Shown: positions 33,372 to 44,295, counted from the first letter of the stretch. The stretch is DNA of 64,000 bases from an uncultured Candidatus Rokubacteria bacterium (GCA_963789955.1 CAWBMV010000022.1:448001-512000); one strand, 5' to 3'. Made by a program: numbers and translations. Notes: a model not told the origin generated them from the letters alone.

Positions 33372-34280
33372 ATGCACGCGATCGGCGTCGGACGGGTCCC
33401 TCATATCACTGTTTGCATCTGCACGTACAAGAGGCCCAACTCTCTAAAGAGACTCTTAGAGGGACTGCTCCAACTAGAGACGGCCTCGTTGTTTTCTTAC
33501 TCCGTAGTTGTTGTCGACAACGACCGCGACGAGTCCGCCAGAGCCGTCGTTAGCGACTTCCAACAGAGTTCTCTCATTTCAACGGCCTATCGTGTTGAGC
33601 CCAGGCAGAGCATTGCACTAGCGCGAAATGCGGCGCTCGCCGGCGCCGTCGGCGACTACGTCGCCCTCATCGATGACGATGAGGTGCCGACCTGCGATTG
33701 GCTCCTGAAACTTCTCGACTGTTTAAATGAGTACAACGTGGATGGTGTTCTCGGGCCCGTCAAGCCGCTCTTTGAAGGACAACCGCCATTGTGGATTGTG
33801 AGAGGCCGGTTCCATGAACGTCCGACCTATCGAAGCGGTTTCACGATCGGATGGAGACAAGGGATTACTGCGAATGTTCTTCTAAGACGGGAGATCCTTG
33901 AAGGGGAATCTGCGCCATTCGACCGCCGCTATATCGTCGGCGAGGACCAAGATTTCTTTAGAAGGATGATGGCAAAGGGATATAGGTTCGCTTGGTGTAA
34001 TGAGGCCGTCGTCTACGAGGCCATCCCTCCTGTTCGGTGGACGCGTTCCTTCCTAATTAGGAGGGCCGTGCAACGGGGTCAAGTATCCCCGACGTTTGGT
34101 ATCCGTGATGTTATCAAGTCAGTCGTCGCTGTCCCGATTTATCTCCTGGCACTTCCTGTCTTAGCGGTGCTCGGGCATCATTGGTTCATGAGTTATTTTG
34201 TCAGGCTTTCTGAGCACGTGGGCCGGCTTCTAATGCTCATTGGGCTGCATATTGCTCAGGATACGTACGTGATCGAGTAG
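33372..34280 (+). CDS. GT2 glycosyltransferase (ExoM-like)
   Basis: VCICTYKRP, VVDND, IALARN, IDDDE, GEDQDFF. Confidence 0.9.
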   Translation: MHAIGVGRVPHITVCICTYKRPNSLKRLLEGLLQLETASLFSYSVVVVDNDRDESARAVVSDFQQSSLISTAYRVEPRQSIALARNAALAGAVGDYVALIDDDEVPTCDWLLKLLDCLNEYNVDGVLGPVKPLFEGQPPLWIVRGRFHERPTYRSGFTIGWRQGITANVLLRREILEGESAPFDRRYIVGEDQDFFRRMMAKGYRFAWCNEAVVYEAIPPVRWTRSFLIRRAVQRGQVSPTFGIRDVIKSVVAVPIYLLALPVLAVLGHHWFMSYFVRLSEHVGRLLMLIGLHIAQDTYVIE

Positions 34281-34302
34281 TATCGGTGGTCCACTAGGGG
34301 CA

Positions 34303-34464
34303 TCACCGACGGGACGCATCGTTGCTTCTAATAGCGAATCCGTCTGCATGAAGGTGAACAAATCGAAGCTGCATAGGATCATCAACGGAATCGTAACCCT
34401 CCGCTACGCGCGCCATGCGGATCACGGTCCGCTCAATGCGAATTTCTTTATGGAAAATGTGCAT
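34303..34464 (-). pseudogene. short N-terminal remnant of a GNAT/FemAB-like protein
   Basis: MHIFHKEIRIERTVIRMARVAEGYDSVDDP resembles ..AVTIARLEDEWYEDVRDP of the protein at 42050..42964. Confidence 0.4.
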
Positions 34465-34518
34465 TGCGACTCCCTTGCCTACCACCTCGGAGGCTGCCTA
34501 CAGTCCTCGACGAACACA

Positions 34519-35628
34519 TCAATGCTCGCCTTCTGCTGTCGATTCCAGGTCATGGCTGTGGCGGCCTGCTTCCGCTTGACTGAGTGCTGACAGAGAAAGC
34601 TCCAAATGGGCAGATGGCCGCCGGCTCTTAACAGAGCGTGGAACTTCCAACAACAAAGAGAGCGGCAGGCCGGCGAGTGCTGGATGCCCGACTCCAAGCT
34701 TTCGCAGGATTCGGCTAAACGCATAGTGAGGGTCCATCCAATCGGCATCGCACTCAAGACCCTTCCTGAATGTCAGCGCAGAAAGCGTATACGGCGAGAG
34801 ATCGAGGTAAATACTCTTTATGGACTCGCGTAGACCAGTCTCTCGTCGCCACTCCTCAGACCACGGCTTCCCTCCCGGAGAATGGACGAAGGTCGGGCCG
34901 TCGCTCAGCAGGTTTCGAACACGCTCCACAACGGTGTAACCGTAGACACCGTTAAACTGAATAATGTGTTTGCCCCTTCGAAGTATGCTTAGCCGAATCT
35001 CCGAGAAGTACTTTGATGTCAGCAGAGCCGTTAAGACGTCCTGGTCTCCCAACAAATGAAAGGGCCTTTGTCGCCATCGCAACTTCTGGGCTTCAAGGTA
35101 TTCACTTGATTGGAGCAATTCCCACCACCGCCGCAGAAGACCGTGGTGATGCCCTGTCACACGAAGAACACCAGAGTTCAACCCGAATGGCAGCACTCTG
35201 CCAACGGGGAACCCCCAAAGGCGCGCGCGAAGTGCATTTCGGTCGTCGCGTTCGTCCCCAAGTCCGTCCTCGCAGACAACGAAAGCGTCCTCGCCAACTG
35301 GAGCAAATAGAGGGACCAAATCCTTCTTAACGACGATGTCCGTATCGACCCAGATTACCTGTTCAAATCCCTCTTGCAGCATCTGCATTAGAGCGACCGG
35401 TTTTACATTCCAACCGGAAGCATTGGCAAGGGCCCCGGTCTGAAAGCGAACCTGGGGACATTTCTTCATCCACGCGAAGAACTCCGGTGTGGCCGGCGGA
35501 TAGAAGAGATTTATTTCCAGGCTGGGACTGTGGGCAGTCAGGCTAAGTAGGAGAAGTTTCAGGGCGGGTTCGCAACTTGGTCGATTTTTCGCAACACAAA
35601 TTGTTGTTCTCATGAAGTGTTTGCCCAT
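34519..35628 (-). CDS. nucleotide-diphospho-sugar transferase-like (GT-A fold)
   Basis: WNVKP, WVDTDIVV (DxD), LNSGV, GDQDVL, KPW. Confidence 0.7.
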   Translation of the reverse strand: MGKHFMRTTICVAKNRPSCEPALKLLLLSLTAHSPSLEINLFYPPATPEFFAWMKKCPQVRFQTGALANASGWNVKPVALMQMLQEGFEQVIWVDTDIVVKKDLVPLFAPVGEDAFVVCEDGLGDERDDRNALRARLWGFPVGRVLPFGLNSGVLRVTGHHHGLLRRWWELLQSSEYLEAQKLRWRQRPFHLLGDQDVLTALLTSKYFSEIRLSILRRGKHIIQFNGVYGYTVVERVRNLLSDGPTFVHSPGGKPWSEEWRRETGLRESIKSIYLDLSPYTLSALTFRKGLECDADWMDPHYAFSRILRKLGVGHPALAGLPLSLLLEVPRSVKSRRPSAHLELSLSALSQAEAGRHSHDLESTAEGEH

Positions 35629-35754
35629 AGAGGTCTGTCGAACAGGAAAATGTTAGGACTTTCCCTGCTTACCCAGTTTCATCGCAAGGTCGCGGATTGT
35701 CCCGCTCGAGGAGTTCGAGGCTGCTCACTCGTGACCGGATATTTCTCTCACACT

Positions 35755-37254
35755 TCATTTAACGTTCAGGTTCGTGGGGATCGCAGATGCCGACGAGTCG
35801 GTCGCGAGAGGATGTGGATACATGTAAGGCCGGTAATAGATTGTCCAGATATTCGCCGGCGCGCATTGATACAGAGTCTTTGTATCTGTCGCCCAGTAGG
35901 CCACCCTCGGTGTACAGGTGGCGGGGCGCGCGCTCAAGAGGCCCTGGCCCGTACCCACGCTGCCGTTGAAGGCCGCGTGTTGGTCTTGGTAATAGTCGCG
36001 GTTCTCAAGGCATGAGGGGCAAAAGAAATTCGAGGTCCCGACGGGACCGCCCTTGTTCGTATTGCCCCACTCGTAGAGCGGCTCGATATCCTGACGCGGC
36101 CACGCACTCGCTTGACTCGAGATCCCCCCGGTGATCGTGTTCGTGACGTTCGGGAAGTCGCCCGAGAGCAGATCGCCCCGGCCACGCCCGGGCTGGTCCA
36201 GGCAGGCGTACCCCGTCGAGGCGTTGCTGTTCTGGTCCCAGTTCGTGCCGCCCCCGTTGGTCGTGCCGCAGATGCCCCATCCGTTCGGAGGAGCGATCGG
36301 TCCCTGGCTGTTATCACGCCGGTAGTTGACCAACTGGTAGAACGACGAGCCCGACACCGTCGTGTTATTCCACGCGAGCGCGGATCCCGTGGTCACGGCG
36401 ATCACCACCGCGCCACCTTGCCCGCCGTCGTTGAAATTGTTCCCGTAGGCTTCGATCGTTCGGCACCCCCGTGTTCGCGCATCGCCGAAGAGTCCGGTGC
36501 CATGCGCGTTGATGCCGTTGCCGGGAGAGACCGTATTGTTTCGGACCACGACCCGCGAGCCCCGCTCACAATCCATCGCGCTGCCGATGGTGTTGTCTTC
36601 AACAAAGAAGGCGTCGGACGAGCCAAAGCCCGGCGCCGAAGACCACGCGCCATCAGCGGAATTACTAAAGGGCTGCCCCCCATGCTGGTAGCCGGTATAC
36701 ATCGCAATGGTGCCGCCCGCGCCAGCCGTGCCCACGTTATGATCGAAGACCCCGGTCATTCCCGATACGTACGCGCTATACAGGAAGGCACCACCGCCGC
36801 CATTGAAGGTGTTGTGATCAATCCGGATCTGGTTGGCACGCCCAAACGTTTTGAGGAAACCTTGAGCCTTCAACCCTCCCGTTCCGCGCGTCATCGAGAA
36901 CCCGGCGACCCGAGCCGTACTGGTGTTGTTATTGATCTGCCACATCGTGTCGGTGCCAGGTACATCGTCAATGATGACCGTGCCGCAGGTCCCGCACCCG
37001 CGCGCCGTCCCCGTGGTCGTGCCCGCGCCCAGGATCTCGATCGTCCCGGTCCCGGCCGGGATCGTCAGCGTCGGCGCGACGGTCCAGTGGCACGTTCCTG
37101 CCGGGATCTTGACCTGCGTCGTCGCGGCGGTCACCCTCGCGAACGCCGCGCGAACGTCACTTTGAGAACACGAAGCCGCGCTGATGACGTCGGCTGCAAC
37201 TGGACTCGCGAGCAGCAAGCAGATGAGCCCGGTAAGATACTTTAGACATGTCAT
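35755..37254 (-). CDS. secreted right-handed beta-helix-like protein
   Basis: Signal peptide, IPAGTC, RIDHNTF, GVFDHN, FVEDNT, VVRNNT, EAYGNNF, AWNNT repeats; C-terminal YRPYMYPHPL and IPTNLNVK. Confidence 0.75.
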   Translation of the reverse strand: MTCLKYLTGLICLLLASPVAADVISAASCSQSDVRAAFARVTAATTQVKIPAGTCHWTVAPTLTIPAGTGTIEILGAGTTTGTARGCGTCGTVIIDDVPGTDTMWQINNNTSTARVAGFSMTRGTGGLKAQGFLKTFGRANQIRIDHNTFNGGGGAFLYSAYVSGMTGVFDHNVGTAGAGGTIAMYTGYQHGGQPFSNSADGAWSSAPGFGSSDAFFVEDNTIGSAMDCERGSRVVVRNNTVSPGNGINAHGTGLFGDARTRGCRTIEAYGNNFNDGGQGGAVVIAVTTGSALAWNNTTVSGSSFYQLVNYRRDNSQGPIAPPNGWGICGTTNGGGTNWDQNSNASTGYACLDQPGRGRGDLLSGDFPNVTNTITGGISSQASAWPRQDIEPLYEWGNTNKGGPVGTSNFFCPSCLENRDYYQDQHAAFNGSVGTGQGLLSARPATCTPRVAYWATDTKTLYQCAPANIWTIYYRPYMYPHPLATDSSASAIPTNLNVK

Positions 37255-37694
37255 TCACGTCGCCTCGCTCAGGTTAATAACAAGCTACGGGTCGCCGTAG
37301 CTCGTAGTCAAATACGACAGCCAATATTAACGCGAAGGCACGGAGATGCCTCCCTCTTGCCGCCGGTGCCACCACGCCGAGCACATCGCCCGGCGGGCTG
37401 TGCAGACGCTCGAGCAACGGGGCTACGAGTCACCTCAAACGCGTTGCGTGAGGCGGCGGTGATTTTCTGAGGCACTCTAGGACTTCGCCGATGCCGGATC
37501 TGGTGCTGCATTGAAATCGCATATCTCTGTTCGCCTATAAGAACCGAAGACTCTTAGGCAGAGTTGTAGACGAGCTTTCCTGCGAAGACTGCTCGTTCTT
37601 TATGCCGAGCGCAACTTGAATGACTCTTCGACAACGTCCGCGGCCGCACGTCATACTATACGGTATATGAACCCTCCGGTGTCATCGGCTCTGG

Positions 37695-37975
37695 CTCGGC
37701 CACGAGGACTTCGGCGGTGCGTTGATTGACCCCGTAATCGTATCGAGGCGCGGCACCGCGTCCGCGAAGGGCGATACGCTCACTCAGCGTGGCCACCGCC
37801 TCTCTTCGAGATGGTCGAGATGGGCCAGGATCTGGGTCGTGAGAAAGGCGCAATGGAGGCGGAAGTGGCCGGCGAGCGCGTGCCGCAAGGCCGGGAGTTT
37901 GGTCCGCATGCGGCCCCGCGCCAACTCGGCCAAGACCGCGGGGTCGCTCGTGCCGTGAATGAGAGCCTCCGGCTC
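37695..37975 (-). mobile_element. IS110-family transposase internal remnant
   Basis: Across frames: LIHGTSDPAVLAELARGRMRTKLPALRHALAGHF...QILAHLDHLEE..AVATLSERI..PFADAVPRLDTITGVNQRTAEVLVAE. Confidence 0.7.
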
Positions 37976-38029
37976 TCATTCGGTTCCAGCAGTATGATAC
38001 TCTCGCAGCAAAGGTAACGAGTCTGCGTC

Positions 38030-38686
38030 TTGCGCCCATTCACCAGCTACGCAAGAGTGCGGGCGGTCATCTCCATCTGCCTCCGCAACCGAAGACTCTT
38101 CTTCGATCGGGCAAAGATCGCCCGCACGCCGTACCTCGACATCGGCTGCGGCCCCAACGCTAATCCGGGATTTCTGAACCTGGACTACTACTGGAATCCA
38201 CACGTGGATCTCTGCTGGGATGTGACCCGCGGCCTGCCCCTCGAGGACGCCTCACTGCGCGGTATTTTCAGTGAGCACTGTCTCGAGCATCTCCCCATCC
38301 GGGCGGCGTTCGACGTCTTGCGTGAATGTTGCCGCGTCCTCCAGCCGGGTGGCCGTCTTCGGATCGTTGTCCCTGACGGCGAACTCTACCTCTCACGGTA
38401 CGTTAAGGTCCTCGCAGGCGATCTCTCGGCGCCTCTCCCTTACGCGGAATCCGACAGATTCCGTGACCGCCACACGCCCATGTTGAGCGTGAACCGCATC
38501 TTCCGCAACCACGGCCACCAGTTCATCTACGATTTCGCGACCATGCGGCTGCTCCTGGAAGAGGCCGGCTTTGCCGACATAGCCCGGCACGCCTTCCGGC
38601 AGGGTGTCGATCCTGCGCTCCTGCGCGACACGGCAGAACGTGAGATCGAGTCACTCTACGTCGAGGCTGGGAAGCCAAATGCGTGA
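38030..38686 (+). CDS. SAM methyltransferase (Methyltransf_11-like)
   Basis: LDIGCGP, WDVTRGLP, SEHCLEH, RVLQPGGRLRIVVPD, SLYVEA. Confidence 0.85.
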   Translation: MRPFTSYARVRAVISICLRNRRLFFDRAKIARTPYLDIGCGPNANPGFLNLDYYWNPHVDLCWDVTRGLPLEDASLRGIFSEHCLEHLPIRAAFDVLRECCRVLQPGGRLRIVVPDGELYLSRYVKVLAGDLSAPLPYAESDRFRDRHTPMLSVNRIFRNHGHQFIYDFATMRLLLEEAGFADIARHAFRQGVDPALLRDTAEREIESLYVEAGKPNA

Positions 38687-38803
38687 GCAGGCGGGTTGCC
38701 AGGTCGTGCAGGCTCCTGGCGAGAGCCGTGTCTGAAGACTCGTGGAAATCATGCCCGGATTGAGCGTCCGCACTGCACCAAACGGGTTGTGCAGTCTCGT
38801 GCT

Positions 38804-40162
38804 TCAGCTCGTGCCTTTGACCCCCGCCGGGCTGGCTCGCTCAGCCATTGGAGCTTCGGAATGGGCAAAGGAGATAACGATGCTATTTGCTAGGAGTAGC
38901 AACCACAGCGGGCCCTTGAAAATAGCCGCCTCGGTCATATTGTAGAGTATCGTAACGATCCACACTGTCAGGCCGAGGGAGAAAAGTTCAACCGTCGCAG
39001 CGTTCCAGATCCTGTAATAACTAACGCAGAGAAAGCCGCCGACGATAAGAAGCCCGACGAAGCCGAGATTAAGATAGACCTCGATGTAGCCGTTGTGCGC
39101 TTGATTTGGTTGCCACCAAACTGCCGTCCACATAGTCATAAGTCGATCACCGAGCCAAAATCCTTCATAGCCAGCGCCAAGTAGGGGATCGGGATTGAGC
39201 GGTAAGATCATCTCCCACAGTTCTGTTCGGCCTGTCAAAGTCGGCTCACGCCCCAACGCGGATGTTATGAGACTCTGGAGCTCGAAGAGGTAGTCAAGGC
39301 CTAGATAAAGGCACATCCAAATCGGAATACCAACCTTGAGCCACAGTGGCCGGGCGCCGCTCAATCGCCAATGCGCAGCCAGTACCACTACGCATGCGAT
39401 CAGCAGACAGAGTTGAGACGTCGCGCTACTGGAGAGCCAGAGCAACCACAGAGTCATCCCCATCAGAGCTACATTTATGAGGAGCGTTCGCGTGGTGAGA
39501 GCATCCCTTCGATGAGGCCATCGCCTGACGGTGTCCCAGACGAAGAAAATTCCGCTGACGAGACACAGGCTTCCGAGTGAGTTCTTGTTCAGGGTCGCGC
39601 CCTGGTACGCCGCCAGACCTGTCCATTGATCGTTCGTAACACCAAGTTCTCGATAGTACTTGATGAGGACGACAGACAGCGGCACCACCACGTAGCACAC
39701 CCGGCGGATAACTGCGTCGAGCGCCGCCAGGGGCCGGGGATCAGAAAGTATTACCAGAGCGCACAGATAGCTTCCAAGGTCTCGAATCCAACGTTTGAAG
39801 GAAATGTCGGGATAGTCTGACCACACCGTGCTCACCAGCGTAAACAGGAGCAGCAGGGCCAAGATGTAATTGCCTGCCAGAAGACCACGCCAACTCATTG
39901 ATCGAGTGGATATGATGTAAAGTGCGAGAAGAATAATCACGCTATAGACGCATCGATCTAACCAGTTACCTTCTTCCATAGCTTGTGCTGAGGAACCGGC
40001 AGTCATCTCGAGCCATTGAGACGGCAGTCGCGTCATTGCAACGCCCAACCAAACCACAGGGACCCACCGCGCCCATGTGTGTGGCCCTTCCTGTGCCGAG
40101 GCATGACGGAGGAGAGGAATTAGAAGCACGATATAGAGGGCTAGGGCGATCGGCGGCGGCAT
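38804..40162 (-). CDS. wzy: O-antigen ligase/Wzy polymerase family membrane protein
   Basis: Multi-TM; NKNSLG, SSATS, TLTGRTELW, GAGYEGFW, QAHNGYIE. Confidence 0.8.
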   Translation of the reverse strand: MPPPIALALYIVLLIPLLRHASAQEGPHTWARWVPVVWLGVAMTRLPSQWLEMTAGSSAQAMEEGNWLDRCVYSVIILLALYIISTRSMSWRGLLAGNYILALLLLFTLVSTVWSDYPDISFKRWIRDLGSYLCALVILSDPRPLAALDAVIRRVCYVVVPLSVVLIKYYRELGVTNDQWTGLAAYQGATLNKNSLGSLCLVSGIFFVWDTVRRWPHRRDALTTRTLLINVALMGMTLWLLWLSSSATSQLCLLIACVVVLAAHWRLSGARPLWLKVGIPIWMCLYLGLDYLFELQSLITSALGREPTLTGRTELWEMILPLNPDPLLGAGYEGFWLGDRLMTMWTAVWWQPNQAHNGYIEVYLNLGFVGLLIVGGFLCVSYYRIWNAATVELFSLGLTVWIVTILYNMTEAAIFKGPLWLLLLANSIVISFAHSEAPMAERASPAGVKGTS

Positions 40163-40165
40163 GAC

Positions 40166-42004
40166 CTATTGGGTGTTTCCTGATGGGCTTTGCGTGCCGG
40201 CAGCACGCAGCAGCAGTCGATCGATTGCGGCGCACGTCAGTACCATGTTGATGTCAGGCAGATAGTTCTTGCGACCGTTGATATGGGCGTCTGCCAGTTG
40301 GTCGAACAAAACGCCCGTTCCACAACGGGCTCTGCAAGGTGCGAGACGCCCTGAGCTGATCGCAAACGTATTCGGCGAGCTCGTCGCGAAACCACCGCCG
40401 ATATGTCAGAAATCGATGCGAGCCCAACATGCCGTCGAGACCGGAAAGTAGATCGTCGAAACCAGTAAGCCAGTGGGGCAGGGCGTCCTTCCTCCAGTAG
40501 TCCAGCCTGAAGGAGGTTTTATACCAAATCGATGCGACGGACGTGAAGAATCGAGATGCAGGTAGCAACCCCTGATCCGTGGGAATTGAATCCAATCCGG
40601 CCCCGATCCTCTTGAGGATGGCCGCCCACGGCATGAGCGATCGCCGACACGCCGCGGGCGCACGAAACGCGAGAGCGACGAGCTCGTTGTCCAGATAAGG
40701 CGTGCGCATACTGACCTGAGACTGGCCTGCGCGGGCACTGCCAAACAGCTTCCACGGGATTTCCTTGAACGCCGCGAATGACACCGGATTCGGCGACGTA
40801 CTGTTGCTCGCCAAGGATCTCTCGCTGAGCAATTCACGACGCAGGCCCGGGTCGATCAGATTGGGTGATAAACCGAGCTGCTTGAACGTTGATACGCCTC
40901 GGAAGATCTCGCTGCCAAAATTTCCAGTAAGCCTCACTGGTGCCAGGCCGCGGGCCTGGCGGTTCAAGTAGATCTCGTGCGCGCCACACAAGCCGAAATA
41001 GCCGTCGGTCACATACACGGTACGATCCACGAGAGAGGAATAGTCCGAGAAGAAGTCGGATCCGATACGGAGAACGCGATGAGGGATCCGGCATGCCGAT
41101 GCCACGCGTGCCGCGAGCCGGACGTCCATCGTGTCGCCGGCGACGCCCCCAAAGGTATAAGAGGTTAGCCGGCCGTTCTGAGCCGCGCTGCAGGCCATGA
41201 TGAGACGAGTGTCGATTCCCCCGTCAGCGAGACGCCGACCGGTCGATCCGAGTCGAAGTAGCGCCCCATTACACGTGTGAGCGTGTTGGTAAATTCCTCC
41301 TGAAAGGATTCAACGCTCAGCTGGGGCTGCGATTCCGGTGCAACCAGCGTTAAATAAGACCGCTTCTTATACGGTTGCCGAGTGATGTCCCATGCGGACC
41401 CCGCAGGCAGAATCCCGACGTCCCGAAAGAGGCTTCTCCAATCCGATGTGCAACCATACCGAAGGAAATCTGCCAACCCCTCACTGTCGTACGCCCGCAA
41501 CTCCGGCAAGATCCGAAGGAGCGACTTGGCTTCGCTCGCGAAGTAAAATCCCTCTCGGCCTTCGTGGTAATAAATTCGGTCGAGTCCGTACCGATCGTTG
41601 AAAAGCACCGCCTTGTGTCTCTGCCGATCTATCAGAAGTCCGCTAAAGACGCCATTGAGCTCTTCGAAGAACGTGTGCTCCCTTTCTCGGTAGAGCTGAA
41701 GGAGCCGAGACGCCGTGTTATCACCGGTTCCACGTTGCGGCCCTGTCGGCTTCCGGCGAGAAGGCGGGTCTGAATAGCATTCACCGGAAAACACGAGGGT
41801 GACTTGATCGTCACCGACGATGGGCTGGCAGTCGGCAAATGAGTGTTCGTGCACTGACCAGCCTGCGAAGACGCCAAGCTCTGGCGCCGCGTGTGTCCCC
41901 GAGACGTAGAAAGTCTCGTGTTGCATGCAGGCGACCATCTCCGTCACGCGCGCAGAACACAAGGCAGGGGGTTGCCGGCTGACTAAGCCGACTATCCCCG
42001 GCAT
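40166..42004 (-). CDS. asparagine synthase-like protein lacking the N-terminal catalytic Cys (frameshifts near 41220 and 40300)
   Basis: MPGIVG, ELNGVF, NDRYG, FASEAK, SLTG(G)IDTR restored by one extra G, RTPYLD. Confidence 0.8.
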
Positions 42005-42049
42005 GAGGCAAAAGACTTGCGATCTATTAGCATAGAAGCTCTCGTTAAA

Positions 42050-42964
42050 TCAGCTGTGAACGATGCGGAGCCAGTGCGCCCGGAGGGTCTTGAGACGATC
42101 TCTGAGTTGATTAGGAATCAGTTGCTTCCATCCACGGTGAAGGCCTGTCGCAATAGCGAGACTCCCCTTGCGGGTGATGGGTACGTAGTACCGGGGCAGC
42201 GACATCATGGAAAATCCATTGGATTGCTTGAAATCAAACAACGACCCGTCACCCCAGAACGCGTAAACCAGGTGCGGAAGCCCCTTCCGTTCGCAGACTT
42301 CGATCGCTTTCCCGATCAGAGCATTGTTGGGCGCTTTGTCTCGGTGCTGGATCTTTGAGATGATCTGCCCGAGGTCGCCGAAGCGTCCTGCGTTCCCCAA
42401 CATGACGAAGCCGATCAGCTCGTCGCGATAGTAAGCACCAAGCAAATCTTCTCGAGAGATGTGCCGAGAAAACTGTGCCTTGACCGTGTCAAAGTCCTTT
42501 CCATAATGCCAAAACAAGCGGCCCTGGCGCACAGGAACCTCGTTGAAAATGTCGGTCATCCCCCGAACGAAGCTATCGTCGTAGCAGACTTCGCGAACCT
42601 CAACCCCAAGCTTCTGTGCCTTTCTGATCTTATTTCGGGCTGTTGGCTTGACCTGTTTGTTCAACCAGTGGTCAAAGGTCGTTACTGGGAGAGCAGCAAC
42701 CATGGCAGGCTCGGTATAGAAGTCAAAGTGAGGGACAGTGTCGGGGACGCGCTGCCAGAAACTGAAAATGTCAACACCAACGCGCGAGGCTCGTAAACTG
42801 GCGATGACAGATTCAGGGTCTCGCACGTCTTCGTACCACTCATCCTCGAGCCGGGCGATAGTCACGGCGCCTCGTGTCAAGCTATATGTCTGCCCACTGA
42901 CCTCGAAACACTCGACGTGAGCAGGCCTACCGTCGACGATCGTCTCTATACGAAAAGTCTTCAT
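42050..42964 (-). CDS. GNAT/FemAB-like protein
   Basis: RNKIRKAQK, FWHYGKD, HRDKAPNNALI, LFDFK. Confidence 0.65.
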   Translation of the reverse strand: MKTFRIETIVDGRPAHVECFEVSGQTYSLTRGAVTIARLEDEWYEDVRDPESVIASLRASRVGVDIFSFWQRVPDTVPHFDFYTEPAMVAALPVTTFDHWLNKQVKPTARNKIRKAQKLGVEVREVCYDDSFVRGMTDIFNEVPVRQGRLFWHYGKDFDTVKAQFSRHISREDLLGAYYRDELIGFVMLGNAGRFGDLGQIISKIQHRDKAPNNALIGKAIEVCERKGLPHLVYAFWGDGSLFDFKQSNGFSMMSLPRYYVPITRKGSLAIATGLHRGWKQLIPNQLRDRLKTLRAHWLRIVHS

Positions 42965-43014
42965 ACCCGAAGTGGATTGCGCGATCCCAAGCGGACTGTC
43001 TTGGTCCATCACTG

Positions 43015-44295
43015 TTACGAAGTCGCAACGCTCAGAAGTTCTGCCGTCTTGTTGACAAGGCCGCTGCGCTCTTCGCTCCATCGGTGCGCGAGATATACCT
43101 CCTGACCACGCTTCACCACGCCCGCGACCTCCGCCGGATGGCAGAAGACATGAGTCATGATCCGGGCCAGATCCTCCGCGTCTCCCAGTTCGAAGAAGAA
43201 CAACGCGTCTTCGGCAAAGTAGTCCTGGACCCCGGGCGCTCGACCTGCAATCACTGGCTTGCCGCGGGACAGGTACTCGAATATGCGAGTCGGTGTATTG
43301 ATTTCCGTGAAAATGCTGCGGCGGTTCGGAATGATACCGACATCGCACTCGTCGATTGCCGTGGCGATCCCTTTCGGGCCTTTGGCGCCAAAGTATCGCA
43401 CCGCGTCCTTCAGGCCGTCCTTTCGGGCCTTTCTCAGCACGAGTTCGAGGAAGGGCGTTGCCTCGCCATAGATTCGGAGTTCCGCGCTCGGCAGTCTGGG
43501 GCGAATGGCCGCCAGCGCGTCCACAGCGAGATCGAGACCATTACGCTCGAGAATCGACCCGTGGTACATCATGACGAAGGGTTGATCCGCCTTGCTGGCC
43601 TCGGGCAAGACCGACCGGAACGCGAAGATGTTCTCATCGGGTGAGTTCATCACCACGTGGATCTTGTCGGCGCGACAACTGCGCGACTCAAATATCTTCT
43701 TGCAGGCGAGATTGACGGTGAACACCGTGTCAGCGAGGGCAATGCTCCATCGCTCGAAATGCTTGAGCAGGCGAACGGCGGAGCTCGAGGCTTCGAGGCG
43801 AAAAATGGTCATCATGAGCTCGGGCATTGGATCATGAAGATCCAGGATGACCTTGGCGCCGAGGAGTTTGGGAATAGCGGCGCTGAAGACTAACAGGTCC
43901 GGCATGTTGTGGACGTGGACGAGGTCGAAGCGTCGGGTCAGCGAACGCATGGCGAGCAAGCAGAACGCGATCAGGAGGAACGCCGAGTACTGAAGAAAAT
44001 ACGCTCTCGGTCCGCCGCGGTGGCGTCTGAGTGGGAGCCGCCGGATGTTGACCCCATTGAAGGTTTCTCGCGCGCGTTCGTCCCTGGATTTCCTGAGGCA
44101 GATGAGCTCGACCTGCATGCCTTCGTTGACAAGGGTTTCGGCCGCCCGACGCGGTCGATTATCGGCCGGGTAATATGCGAAGAGCAGGACGGCGGCTCGT
44201 CGTCCACGCAAAGTGGCGCCGCTGCAGGCTGCCAACTCCGCGCTGGTCGGCTTACCATCGACCGCCGTATCCTTTGTGAACGTGTTCGTGCTCAT
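43015..44295 (-). CDS. GT4 glycosyltransferase
   Basis: YPADNRP, HVHNMPD, LDLHD, YHGSILERNG, PTRIFEY. Confidence 0.9.
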   Translation of the reverse strand: MSTNTFTKDTAVDGKPTSAELAACSGATLRGRRAAVLLFAYYPADNRPRRAAETLVNEGMQVELICLRKSRDERARETFNGVNIRRLPLRRHRGGPRAYFLQYSAFLLIAFCLLAMRSLTRRFDLVHVHNMPDLLVFSAAIPKLLGAKVILDLHDPMPELMMTIFRLEASSSAVRLLKHFERWSIALADTVFTVNLACKKIFESRSCRADKIHVVMNSPDENIFAFRSVLPEASKADQPFVMMYHGSILERNGLDLAVDALAAIRPRLPSAELRIYGEATPFLELVLRKARKDGLKDAVRYFGAKGPKGIATAIDECDVGIIPNRRSIFTEINTPTRIFEYLSRGKPVIAGRAPGVQDYFAEDALFFFELGDAEDLARIMTHVFCHPAEVAGVVKRGQEVYLAHRWSEERSGLVNKTAELLSVATS

